Shown: positions 38,398 to 51,530 of the stretch, in pieces | How positions within the stretch are numbered: position 1 is the first letter of the stretch | How the letters are laid out: every line of letters begins with the position of its first letter | Origin: Pelomyxa schiedti | Lineage: Eukaryota > Protista > Evosea | Assembly: GCA_020536535.1 (NCBI GenBank) | Contig: JAHLWZ010000807.1 | Span: 66,586-130,585, forward strand | Direction of reading: 5' to 3' | Length of the DNA stretch: 64,000 bases | Position numbers and translations under genes: made by a program | Notes under the pieces: generated by a model | What the model was told of the DNA's origin: nothing | Seen by the model: the letters and a program-made list of their open reading frames with translations, nothing else | Database searches by the model: none

Positions 38398-40326
38398 ATG
38401 ACCGAGAGAGATGGCACGCAAGATCTGCGGCAGTCTGGTGGTCCCACGTACGTTCTCGACAAAGTCGCACCGCAGTCTTCGTCATCGCCTTCGGCGTCGC
38501 GTGTGAAGGAAGATCTGATTGGCGGAGAGGGTGACTCCTCGTCACCTCCCGTTTCGGAAAGCAATAACCCGCTGTTACGATGCATGTTTCCTGTTGTTAC
38601 TGACGAGGAAGACCGACAAATGGCAACTGGTTGCAGGAGCAACAAATTTTATGTCTTGACAGTTCTCAGTGTGGCAAACGCCATTTCGTTTTGTGTGAGA
38701 ATGTTACCTTCCTCAATGAAGGACATGATGAAAGATGATTTAAGTCTAACAGACACTGAGACAGGTTTTTTCCTTCTCTCATCACTAAAAGTTTCATTGG
38801 CTCATCTTTGAATAGGACTGGTCTACACAGCGTTTTTGATTGCCTTTGTGATTTTTTCACCAGTTTTTGGCACTTTTGTTGATAAGGGAATGTCGAGAAA
38901 GGTTTTGTGATTCATAACGTTATTTGTTTTAAATGCCGCACAGTGGATGATTGTTATTGGTATTTTTATATTTTCTGTGGGATCTTGCGTTACTGCTTTC
39001 TCTGAGAGTTTCTGGTTTCTCCTTTTACCGAGGGTATTTGTTGGCATTGGGTCAGGTTTTCGCTCACTTCCCTTTTGGTCCATATCTTACACAAAATAGC
39101 TGCTTTTTCCGCTGTCGCACCTTCACTTTTGTGCGATTTCTTCCCCCCTGATAGAGTATCTAAAGCTATGTCATTATTTTTCGCAATGATTCCTGTGGGC
39201 ACTGCTTTTGCATTTATTATTGGTGGCTTTCTGGGGGATACGATTGGTTGAAGGGTCACCTTTGCAGGCAGTGCGGTATTCGTTGCTGTGATATTTGCTA
39301 TTCTTCCTTTGAAGGAACCAAAGAAAGGAAGATACGATGTTACCAAGAACTCTCCTTCTCCAGGAATACTACAAGGCTTGAAGGTATAGGAAGCGAATGT
39401 TTACATCTCCTTAACGTAATAAAGGTACTCTTCACTAATCCAGCATATCTCTTTGTTGTAATTGGTCAGACACCTCTTGCTGGAGGCCTCACAGCCATGG
39501 CTGACTGGTTACCTGCATATTTTTCTCGGTACCTTTTTTTTTGTTGTTATTTTGACATAAATTTTCATATTTTCACATTTATAACTTAATCCAGCCTTTT
39601 AATATAGAACATATGATATGTCAGCAACACTTGCAGGTTTACTTGTGGGTGGAATTGTTGTAGTTGGAGCGGTAGCCGGAACATTTTTGGGAGCTGTACT
39701 TGGTGATTTATCCAAAAGATTTACAAAGCAGCCTTATTTCTTTGTCTCATACATGGGACTCATATTGGCCACACCTCTCACTATCGCTATCCTCTTGATG
39801 AATATTAAGTACCTCGCATGTAGTTTAATTTTCGTATCTGTATCTGCCGTGTATATATACGTAGGTAGTATCTCTTCTCCCTTGTATATCTCTGAGGGTC
39901 TTTAAGGTCCAATCAATGCTGTTCTCAACAACAGTGTCGATGCCAACTCACGGAGTAGAGCCATGAGGTACAATTCTCATATGCTCTATAAATATTTGAC
40001 CAATTTCCAGCCTTAACCTACTAATTGTAAACTCCTGTGGGTCTTCATATAGCTCTGCTGTTGTGGTATCAACCACTTGCAGTGTTTACAACACTTTAAT
40101 TCACCTGCAACAGGGAGCAATCTCCGATTCTACCGGGAAACTCGACATGGCCCTTTTAGTTGTACCGATTATGTTCTTCCTGGCCTGTGTGATATGGATT
40201 GTAGCATGGCTTGTGGTGAAACAATCCACAGCTGGGGAGGTAGCACCCACAGTCCTAGGAGACCCACCATTGCCCTCCGAGGGATCAGTTTCCCCCAATG
40301 TGGAATTGGATTCGAACACCCTGTAA
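38398..40326 (+). CDS. Spinster-like MFS transporter
   Basis: YVLTVLSVANAISFCVR...LSLTDTETG, LLPRVFVGIG, APSLLCDFFPPDRVSKAMSLFFAMIPVGTAFAFIIGG, G-ISD and multiple TM helices. Confidence 0.85.
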
Positions 40327-42304
40327 ATTGAACATCACCAATTTGGTCGCTACCAATTTTCGTAGATTCTGAAGATCAACGGCAGTGGAGCAAAGGTGCA
40401 CACACCAAAAGGGAAACAAAATCCCACAATTCCGCTCTCTGTTGTGGGGGTGTCGTGCGAGGGTGCCGAAAAGAAAACAAATCTCCAAGAAAAAAATGGC
40501 CATTTCTTTCTTCAGTCTTTTGGACCTTCGTGGTCCCAGTCTTTGGCACCTTTTTGGTGTCTGTGTCGGCGCTGTAGAACCATGCACACTGGCACTTTTT
40601 TTAAAAAAAAAAAAAAAAGGGGGACATCGATGTGATGCGGTGTTAATGTCTATGTAATGTTTGAAGCAACAAAAAAGAAAAACTCACGGAGAGGGTGCGG
40701 ACAGCTACGTAACTTGCGGTGGGAAGGAACGGTGTCGTGTCGCTCGCGTGTTGTGCGGGCGAAGATCCCAATCAATACAACTGACTCAGATCCATTCTGG
40801 GGGGTATTGTAGCTGGGCTGCTTCACGGTGTATATACCCAACGGTATTTTTATTTTTCTTTACTCCACTTCATGGTGTTTTTTTTTTTTCCCCTAGGAAT
40901 TGTTGGCGGTGTGAAACGCATTCGTTTGGCACTCGGCGTTTGTATTTGTGTTGCGAATTTAAGGAACTAGTTTGACTGTTGCCAGGCTGTTGCGTTCATC
41001 TCTGTCCCGACTGCCGGCTGATCTATGCTTTGTATCTGGGAGCATGATTCTTCTAGGATTGGAATTTCCCATTACGGGAGCAACAGGGTGTGTAATTCCC
41101 AAGCTCCTCCCTCCCTCTCAGCCAAACTGAGTTTGAGGTATCTATTGCTTCCTTCCTTCCTTGTGATTTTCTGTTGTTTCTTATGACATGACAAGATTAG
41201 GATGTTTTTAATTAAACACCACTAGTGTGCCCTCTCCTAAGAGCTGAATTCGAGGTAACTAGTAATCCTCATTTCTGTTGTTCTAATGACAAGATTAGGA
41301 TTTGCACCGTGTCAATAAAGCCTACCTATTCTCATTGGACCGTGACGTGATAAGTTCTCACTACTCCTCCCCTTTGTAATTTTTTTGTAAAAATAAAACA
41401 CAACACTGTTCTTCCGGCTTTAGTTCATTGAAAAATAATTCGGTTTTTTCAGTTAAAAGGAAACAAAAAAGTGGCCAATTATTTATTTATTTTATTATGC
41501 AACTACTCAAAATATTCTAGAGAAACGACATTCATTCATGGTGTGGTGGTGACTGGTGGTGAGTGGATTCATGGAATTCTGCTGGCCTCTCAATTGGGGT
41601 TGAGAGGGCAGTAGCAGTCGAAAATACTACTGGACCAATTCCACTTAGCAGGGTTCATATCTATAATTTTGTTAGAAGCAAGAACTCTAGGGAAAACCAG
41701 TGACAAGCATGGCTCCAACGCGTAGCAGACCTAGAAAAAACGGACCCGCCAAAGAAAAGAAAATAGGTTCACAAGGAGCGGAAAGCACACCTCAAAGAGC
41801 AAGTGTAACCGGATCAGAACGAGTAAGTCCCCACTGTGTTACAATTTGTATTTCGTAGTAAATTAATTAGTTAATAAATTAATTTACTGTCCAAACCCAA
41901 GGTTAACGAGGGGAAAAATAGCTTACGACGGACACGCACGAATGAATCGCAAATTGCCAGCAAACAGTGCAGCAACCGCGGAGATCACAACAGTCACATG
42001 GCAAAACGGCTGCGGACCCGGCCGCACGCCATGCACCACCGCACGCACCAGAGCCCCACCGACGAACAACAGCCGCGCATCGCCTTCGTGTTTTATTTTA
42101 TTTTGTTGTATCGGATCTTGGGGAAAGGGTCTGAATGAGCCTGATACCAGAGATGTAGGTGCAGACACATCAACCAGGACATCAACCAAACCCGCGTCCC
42201 TGTACGCTGTTCAAGATCCCTCTTTTCGCTTTTTATTGTTCACCCGTGTAGCTCGTTCGTTCTTTCTTTTTGTGACAACGAAAAATCAAAAAAAAATACT
42301 TCGG

Positions 42305-43228
42305 ATGAGCCATTCGCCTGCGGATCCAGCTGAGATCTTGCCCGTGTGTGCTGAAACGCGACCTTTTGGACACACATTTGCTGATGCAAATACTACCGAC
42401 ACACTCTCGTAGCAGAGATTTTTATAACAACCGATCTAACGACACGACGCACACCGCGTGGTTTCAGGGACGACTGTGGCTGGGAAGTGCACTAGTTGCG
42501 TGCAATCGCGATTGTCTCGTATCGCATGGCACTTTTTACGTGCTCAACGCGACGTCTGAAGTCCCCAATTTCTTCGACGGCGATACACGCTTCACATACT
42601 GCAGGCTTGGTCTCGATGACTCGTACGACGAGGACCTCTTGTGCCACGCTGACACAATATGCAATTTTATCAGTGCGTTTGGCCTTACCCCCACTTTTGT
42701 GATGAAATCCTCGCACAACTTTAACTACCTTTCTTTCAGACACTGCCAAGGCAAATAATGGCGCTGTTCTCGTTCATTGTCAAGCAGGCAAGCGGCCTCG
42801 AATTTTTAACAATTGATAAAATTCAACTAATTGCTTTAATTAGGGATATCCAGATCCGCGTCTGGTTCATTGCTCAAACATTCCCTACGAAGCATAACTC
42901 AGTTACAGCTGTTCTCATTTACCTCATGAAACAGGAGAGAATGACACTCAAAGCTGCCCATGCTAAGGTTCAGGCAGCAAGGTGTAACATTGGTCCAAAC
43001 ATAGGTCACCTGCTTTCCTCTGCTTTTCTCTGATATTGTGCAGGTTACTATGGACAGTTGATCCGCATGGAAAAGGAATTGTTTGGGTCCAACACAGTTT
43101 CTGAGGGGGGTTACATGTTGGACCAGCTCGTAGCAATGGGATTTAACCCTGAACAAGCAAGAAGAGCCCTTGAAAACAGCCACAATAGATTGAATGAGGC
43201 AATAACTTTCCTAATCACCAATGTCTGA
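42305..43228 (+). CDS. Dual-specificity phosphatase with C-terminal UBA domain
   Basis: Spliced EILPGRLWLGS, DDSYDEDL, VLVHCQAGISRSASAVLIYLMK and IGPNIG. The tail LDQLVAMGFNPEQARRALENSHNRLNEAITFL is a UBA domain (MGF). Confidence 0.88.
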
Positions 43229-43351
43229 GCCTCATTGAATCTCGCCATAGGTTTTAAATAAAAATTTCCAACAAGATATGCATAGGCAATTACCCAAGAA
43301 TATTTATATGTGCAAAATGGATTATTTTTTCTTTACATCTTTACAAATCGA

Positions 43352-46300
43352 TTATTCATTCCTGTGCTTCTTTTCCTTCTCCCTGAGTTTGTTCCACTTC
43401 TTCTGTTTTGTAGTGTACAAGGCAAATCCATCTTCCAATACATGCAGAGCTTCATAACAAGTTGGCCTTGAATAAGGTACTGCACTCCAACACGTTTGCA
43501 GGAATGAGGACAAGACCTGAGGGCATGAACTTGGTATAGTTGGCCTTATGCGTTTCTGTGCCACTTGTACAAGTATTTGAAATTCGGCCTGAATCATTGT
43601 GTATTCACTGTAAGGCCGCACATGCTCACCCTAAAAGTTTTTTTAAAAAGTTGACTATCATGTGTTTTAGTACCTTTAGACATCTGACAACCATCTACAT
43701 AAAAACGAATCAGAATTATAAGGAAAATAGTCCTTTTGTGGGAAAAACGTTTACCTCCCACAGAATAATCGAGAAACTGTATATATCAGACTTGTCTGTG
43801 TGAATTCCACCAGTGAAGACCTCCTAAGGTCCATTGGTTTTGTTGTGGTGTTTGAAGAGACATACAGGACAGCTATAGGCATATGTACCTCTGACTTTAT
43901 ACAGTGTTTCAGAGTCATCATTTATTCGCGTAGTGCCGAAATCGCTTGTTGTGTAATTTTTAAGAACATATGTGGGGGTATATGAATTTTACCATAACTT
44001 GGCGGAACCGTTATCAGCAATTAGAATGTTGGATGATTTTAAATCCCTGTGGAGAAGCTGGGGTACCCATGAATGAAGGCACGATAGTCCTCTCAGTGTG
44101 TCACAGGCGTACATGAAAACATTTTCCCATGTGAAGGCGGTGTCACTCTTCATGACTCTGGAGGACGGTGTTAATAAGACCGTTGTTGGAACTTATGGGA
44201 AAGATTGGCAGGTACGTTTCTAGGCTGCCTCTTGAGCAATACTCCAAAACGAGGCAAATGCGAGGTTCTAACACAGCCCCGTAAAAATATACAATATTCG
44301 GAGATCGCAGTTCACTGAAACGGTTAGTTATTCACAAAGAGAACTCGGTGTCGTTTCAATACCTCAAGAGGGAGAACTCCTTTTTGAAGTCCTGTATTGC
44401 ACGGCTGTCAGGTTTTTCTTTCAGTACTTTGACAGCCACATACTGATTACGCCAGACTCCTTTGTACCTGTTGAGAGGAAGGTAAGTATATTAGAAGGAT
44501 TTTTGAGAACGCACAGTTTGGCAAAACTTCCAGCCCCGAAAGGCTGCTTCTCTATGTGTTGCTTGATTTCACTCCATTGGATAGCCCACTGTTGTGCGTC
44601 CTCTTTTGTATTGTAATTGTGAGAATTGGGGTAAATAAGTTCATATGACAACTCATTGGTGATGACTTTCTGGAAGGAGAAGGGGAGTGGGACTCCCTTC
44701 TTTCAGATCTTGAAGAAGCGTTTCGTTCAGATCTCGAAGAAGAGTGTGGAACTGGGTGCGTTCTTTCCGGGGCAGATGTCTACACACAAGTTAAATTAAT
44801 GGTTAGTAGCAGGTGAATAACTTTCAGAGAAGGGGGAGACTCTCGAAGGGATGTGCCTGTGACTGGTGCCGATGCTGTCAATGAACCCTGCTCGATACTG
44901 GGGGAGGGGGTACTCTCTCCTGAAGATTGAAGAGATTTGCTTGGAGGTAAGCAATCTACGGGACCAGTATTTTCGTGAAAAGGTGGGCTATGGCCACAAT
45001 TCTGGCAGAGTCCACCTACAGGAAGGTGTCTGGGCCATAAAAATTGCACAAAAACAAGTACCATAATTGGTCCCATAGTATTGATCACATTCACAATTTT
45101 CTGTTGTACACGCACCTCGTTTGATGGAACCCACACCAGTTGTATCTTGATTTGTTGGGAAATGAGTTAGTAATGGGCGTTATACCTGGTGAGATTATGA
45201 GAATTTTCTGTGTTTTTGCAAGATGGATTCTAGTACGAGGAGACACATCCTAAATTGAAAAAAAGAATTAACAACCATTTTGGAGTGAACAAGCAACTAC
45301 AGCAAAATCGGAATTGCCTGACTCTGGCAGTGCCACTCTATCATTTTATTAGGTTTTCTTTCTCCCAGTTTGGGTACCTTTCTTCAGTAAAAGAATTGTG
45401 TTGTTCACCACTTGTAACTAAACTGTACAACGTTGAGAGTTATTTCCCTTGTCGGCTCTATACCTTTGTGATGCATCTTCGACTGAAGAAGGTCCATTTC
45501 CATACTCTGCCTAGGTGAGAGGATTATATTTTGAGTACAATCTTGAGAGCCATTAGTACCTGAGGAGTAAAAACGGGATATGCCTGGAAAAAACTATTTA
45601 GACTTTCAGTATCCATGATTTCGAGAGCCAAAACAAAGCTTTTCTGAGTACAATTGAAAAAGAAAAAATGGAGGAGAGAAAGTACCACAGCAACATTCAC
45701 ATTTTCTTGGTTTTCTAGAACTTTCTGCCTCAGTGGCAAGGACAGCTGGTTTTCATAACGGTAGTATACCTCTTCAAGTGCATGTGGACAGTAACGACTG
45801 TACTCGTTGCTTGCCGTATGGGAATTGGGGGTGAAGGGAGCTTCAATTGTGGTGTTTGTCGAACTTGCAGGGGGAATTGAAGTGGGGTTGCAGGAGGGAT
45901 TGCATGTGTGAGAAGCTAATGCTGAAGCACATTCATGTGCAAAAGATGCATCACATACAGCGTCAAGATGTGGTTCACGCTTTTCAATGTGATATCGTAG
46001 ACATGGCCAGGCATATTTATCACAAAGAAGGATCAACAGAGTATCATATTGAATAGTAGGTGCTGAAGTCACGGCAGTTTGTAAAATCAACGGAGGGGGT
46101 GATTCACAAGGGCTGTCTGGGATATCTGAAGATGAGCGTTGCCTTGTTCGGTCCTTTCTTCCAAAAAGTTTCTGGAAAAATCCTGTAGTGGCACAAAGTT
46201 AGACCACCCCATTACCCAAAGGTACAAGTCACACCTGGGGATGGTGTTACAGCAGAACAAGAGGATGAATATTTCCTTGTTTTAGGTGGCGATGAAGGTG

Positions 46301-47555
46301 CTGCAATCGCCTGCTGTGATGTCGGCGGTGTAACAAGCACTGTAGCTGGCAGCACTTGAGCCTGGGGAATAGGAGGAGGGATTGGTGGGTTCTGAGTCGC
46401 GGGAGGGAGGAACATGTACGAAATCAACGGAGATGCCGCCGGGGATAGCTGTGGTGACACCAGCGGGGATTGAGAAGGCGAAGCACTGCACGAGGAAGAG
46501 CCTCCCTCGCCCTTCAGCTGCCACTGATGATTCTGACTGTGATTCGGAGCCTGGAACATGTTAGAACTGCCCCCACGCGCGGGAGAGCAAGAGGAGGATT
46601 GGTTCTGCAGAAACGGAGGAGGCGGTGGGATTGCACTATGGTGCGAGTGCGACGATGGCGGCGGCATGGAGCTAGATGACGCCCCCGTCCTATGGTGAGG
46701 CTGCTGTTGTTGGTGGTGCTGTAGCCTGAGTGGCATGTGTTGGTTATATTGATTCGTACTTGTAGTAGTAGTAGTATTAGTAGTAGTAGTACTAGTGGGG
46801 TTTGTATTTGCATTTGTATTTGCATGGTTCTGGTTGTGCAGTTTGTGCCCAGACTGTGAACGTGGGACACCCCCACCATTGCCATTACCATTACCACTAC
46901 CACTACCACTACCACTTCCATTGGTGTTGTTGTAGTTGGAGGAGCGGGACGGCGAGGGCGAAGGGTGCAGCACAGAAGGGCAGTCCGTGACGTAGTGGGG
47001 GTAAGGGGGGGGCGGGATCCCCTGGTGCAGGGCGCCCGAGTGCGAGGGCGGCGAGGGAGGCGGCAGGGGCGCCGGGGACATGGGGGGCGACAGGGAGCCC
47101 GGGGCGCCCAGCACCGAGTCGTCGCTGCTGCTGGTGCGGATGCGGTACAGGCGCGGGGGCGCCGCGGGGGGCCCGGCCGACGGCGGGAGCGGGAGCAGCG
47201 GGCCCGAGGCGTAGGTGGCCACGGTGCCCAGCGCCACCCCGCCGTAGTAGCTGCCGCTGCCGCTGCCGCCGCCGGGCTGAAGAGGCGGCGCAGGAGGCGG
47301 CGGAATGGGGGGCAGCCCCGAGAACATCTGCGGGGCCGACGTGGACAGCGGCGCCTTGCGTATGGGGAACGGCGGCGGCGTGGTGCTGTTGGGCCACGGC
47401 GTGTCCGTGTTCCGCGGGGAAACCAGGGCGGCGGTTGGCGGGGCAGGGGGAGGAGGCGGGGGGATGTGGTAGTGTGTCAGCGGGGATATTGCCTGCTGCA
47501 GCGGCGGGGGGGGCGGCGGCCCGTCCGGCCAGCTGCTTCCTTTGTTCCCGTGCAT
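43352..47555 (-). CDS. TKL-group protein kinase with Pro-rich N-terminus and possible RasGEF-N (REM)-like domain
   Basis: FGAGSFAKLYKG, VAVKVL, HRDLKSSNIL, DFG, GTYAY, DKSDIYSFSIILWE and RPTIPSSCP. The middle region FFQAYPVFT..RVQQKIVNVI is REM-like (weaker call). Confidence 0.85.
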
Positions 47556-47741
47556 CAAGCGGTGTTCGTGCTGGGGTGAGCGCGCGCGTTTGATCACGAA
47601 ACAAACCAAAAAAAAAGAGGGGAAAAAAAACGGGCTGGGGAAGACGTTTGATTGATCAATGGCTTCACTTCCATGTTTGAACCGAGCGAACATTTCGTAG
47701 ATGAAAGTTTCAGGGAGGCTTGGTCACTTGCGTTACCAGAA

Positions 47742-50447
47742 TTACCTCACGTAGGTGTTCCTACCTCCGTGGTGGTGAACAAATGAAAGGTATGAGCGTG
47801 CAGAGTCGAGCACTTGCTGGTTTGTAAGTATTGCTGCCCCGGGTTCACTGTAGAGAGAGGGAAATATAAGGTGACGGTGTGATGCTGAATGTGTGTCGTT
47901 TTGCGTTGTGGTTTGTTTGCTTACCTTTCGGGTGTGTATTGGGGGTAGTGCAGTGTCATGGTCGCGAACACAGCAGCCGCTCTGTCATAGAACTGGAAAG
48001 AATGCAGGCGGGCGGGAGTAAGTAGTGGTTATAATAAGGGGGCAAAAGGTATACCAGTTTGGCGGTGTCGGTGCACAGGAACTCGGGTATTTGGTGCTCA
48101 GTTACAAGTTGAGTGGCACCACCTGGGCGAACTCCACGGAAGAAGAAGTCGGTTGTGGAATTCCACGTTGAAGAGAAGGCGTTATAAGCCTGATCCATTT
48201 GCGTCCACATTTCATCTTGAGCTTTGAGGCTTGAAGTCCGACTGATGGGAAAATGAATGAGAAATGTAGAAAAAATTGGAAGCTGACTGTTCTCGCTCAG
48301 ACATCAGTGTGCCTGTTCCTTGTATCCTCGGGTCTTGCAACATAAAAATAACCGCCTTTATGCCGGCCATGACAAGCTTGCCTGCGCATTGATGGCACGG
48401 TTCGAGACTTGTATAAACTGTTACTTCGCGAAGAAATGATTGTTTCCATGATGCAGATGCACTGTCTAGAGTAACACTCATGTTGTGTGGATGCCTGGCA
48501 AATTTGTTAACCAAAAAGAAAAATACGGTATATAAGATCACCTGAAAAGGGTATCTACCAAGCGTTCTTCAGCATGTTCAGTGGTGCTCTCAAAAATTTT
48601 ATTGTGGTTGAATGCGTGCAATATTATACTCCCATCTGCAAAGAGAATGCACTTAATTTTGCCTCAAACACGATTGTCCTGAGAAACCTTTACGGACAGC
48701 AAAACATGCTATGTTATGCCCAACATAGGTTGGTCTGTCAATTTGATAAACCCACTGCCCTCTAATCGCACAGGGTGTATTGCTAGCTTCCATCTCCCTT
48801 TGCACTAAAAAAATGTAGTGAGGAACGTGTTGTCTCTAAGTTTGTATGATTTTATTCCCCCCAGTAAGGGAAATACTTATTCTTTAACTCACTTGCACGG
48901 TGAGGATATGTCCCAAGTAAGCCATACATATTTCCATTAAATTGATCAGCAAGTATTGAGGCCAGACATAAGCAATATATCTTATTAAGATAAGGAGGGA
49001 ACGTGAACGAAATGAGGAAATGCGTACTTGCTGCCTTTCCGCTTCAAAGGGTGTGAGTCTCGGCTGAGCTTCAATGATTAGTGAAGGATCACAAAGGTAG
49101 GCTTTTCCTGTCATGGAAGTCCACATTTGGAAAACGCTAACAGTACAATAAGAACGTGATAAAAAAAACAGAATTAAGATCAGTGAACCTTTGGGTATCT
49201 TGCTTCGCCTGAGTCACTTGAAGATGTAGTGCAATCATTCTACATATTGGAAGAATCAAGTCCACATTAGCCGCACCTGCAACATAATTCGCGGTGAGTA
49301 GAGAACTTAATCAAAAGAGCCAAAGGGGAAGCAACTTGGAGTAGCGAAATGGGTTACAAAAGCATCTTCACGTGCCGTTTCAGATTCAAAGCAAGACTGT
49401 AAGGTTCTACAAATTTTAAGGGTGGCGACAATAGCCTCACTTGGAGCAGATTGAAATTCGTTCATGAACCTCGTAAGTGCTTCGTTTTTCATTTGCTCTA
49501 AGAATTTACAAAAATATGAAGTTAGACAATAGAAAGAATGTGTGGTTGTGGGGTATTGTAGAACGTTGAAAAGCACCAGTTGCAGTGAAAGGCTCCCTTT
49601 TACTGTGATACAGCTTCTCCAATGTATTTTCAACCACGATGGCCTCCCGTTTCAATAGACCAACTACAACTTCGCAGATACTAGGATTTGACGCCATCAC
49701 CGAAGAAGACATTACTTGAGAAGAAGCACCCATCAATTCAGGTGTTGTTGTTGCAGTTGTTGTTGCAGTTGCAGTTGCTGCTGAAGAGGTGCTAGTAAAC
49801 AGAACGCTTGAAGTTGTAGGCATAGAGGTCAGCAATGGCATCACAACAGCCCCAGTCGGCGATGTTACATGCGTAGTTACCAACATTGTGGGAGCCGCCG
49901 CGGCCGCCGCCGCCGCTGCGGCAGCGCGCTTGGATGCGCCGCGACCTTTGGTGGTCTCACGGGGCGGTGGGGCTGTGATTGAAACCCCGGTCGTTCTCGA
50001 GATTGCGGTCAATGCTGAACGAATGACAGCTTGGTATAACTTACAGAACTTGAGTTGTTGCTTCGAGAACTCCTTGATGGAGCGAACGGTATGTTTCGGC
50101 GACAGAATAGAGGAAAGCCCGAGCACACTGGACGAAGAACAGCATGCTGAAGAAGAGATGCTGCTCGAGACAACTACGGAAGTAGAACAAGCAATTGGTG
50201 CCGGAGTCGTCGTCGGGGGAGGAGGCGTGGAGCAGGGCGTGGTAATGGTGCTATTAATAGCACTGGCAGTGGCTGTGGTGCCAGGTTGGTTCTGAATGGG
50301 ATTTGGTGTTGTGGGAGTGGGCTGGGGTGTATCAACAGGGAGAAGGCCAAATGCGGTCTTGTTCACTTTGGTGCCGAAGGGTGTCACAAATGACAAGAGC
50401 GACTCGTCCCCAACTCCACCTCGTTTGCTCCCTCTTCTAGTTGCCAT
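47742..50447 (-). CDS. Zn-dependent nucleoside/nucleic-acid deaminase (CDA fold) with long N-terminal extension
   Basis: Spliced exons give GHNIAC...FNHNKIFESTTEHAEERLVDTLF and VYTSLEPCHQCAGKL (HxE...PCxxC). The N-terminus is about 300 aa, Thr/Ser/Ala-rich, plus a helical region. Confidence 0.8.
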
Positions 50448-50634
50448 CACGGAACGAAACCGCCTGGGTTGTGTTTTTTTTTCTTCTTAGTCGGCAACTT
50501 TGATGATTCTTTTCGCTCCCTTCTCCACACGTAAAAATTATTGTTTTCGCGTATGAACGAGGGAGCTCTTCCTTCGGAAGGCCTTAACGTCAAACAAACT
50601 ATTTTTACCTTTTCCTTGCTGGTACTCCTGTGAG

Positions 50635-51530
50635 TTACAGGGGTGTGAAGGAAAATCTTGAGAGCTTTGCATAGGTGGTCTTTTGAGCTGGAGTCAAGCC
50701 TGACATCATCCAGAAGTTAATGTGCACCACCAGCTCATCAGAGGATTGTGGGATTGGGGGCACGGAAGAAGACCAGCTGTGCACAGTGGTCCCTGTGGAA
50801 TCATCAGTTGCCACCCAACTTATCTTGTTTGAAGTCCATGTGAATTCATGTGTAGAGTTTGCTACACCCCGTGTCATTTTCCACATTTCTATCTGGCCTG
50901 AGTGTGTTTGTTTTGGTCATTATGGTTTGTCTATTACAATGTTTGGGTTGTGGGAGATAACCTGTCCCTCCTGGTTGGTTCACATAGTCCGCATTGTTTG
51001 CTGATGGTGACACAGCGCCCCACCTGGCAAATTCAATATCAATCTCCAAGGTGTCGTTCTTGTATAGAAAGAGTCCCAAAACAATATTACGGTCAACATC
51101 TGAATCATAAGACAAATTCAAGGTGTTAATGCCCGCTCCTACTCCCGCAGTGTAACTATTACTTGAATTACTAATTACTTAAACATATGTGAGTCGCAAA
51201 GAACCGACCAGTGAACTCTTCCACAGCGCCATTGACACCAAACGAGTAAGTTCCGTATCCCAAAGCATTTGACAGGTACACCTCAGAACAGCAGTAAGGC
51301 CTGGAAGTCGGGTCGCTTGGGTCCGGGGCCACCGACATCACCAGGTCGCCCTCTGTTCCCGACTCGACGTACGCATTGGCCGCACAGAAGTAGTTTGGCC
51401 CGGGCCCTGACTTCACTCCGTGGGTGTCTCTTTGCGTCCATGCGTATCCACTCCACGCCAGGCTAGAAGCCCACACGCACGACAAGTACGCCAACACGAC
51501 GACGACTACGACTGTTGAACGGACGCTCAT
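50635..51530 (-). CDS. Secreted glycoside hydrolase family 16
   Basis: Signal peptide, WSGYAW, GPGPNYF, SEVYL..LGYGTY, NIVLGLFLY, catalytic EIDIEFARWG and HINFW. Confidence 0.85.
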
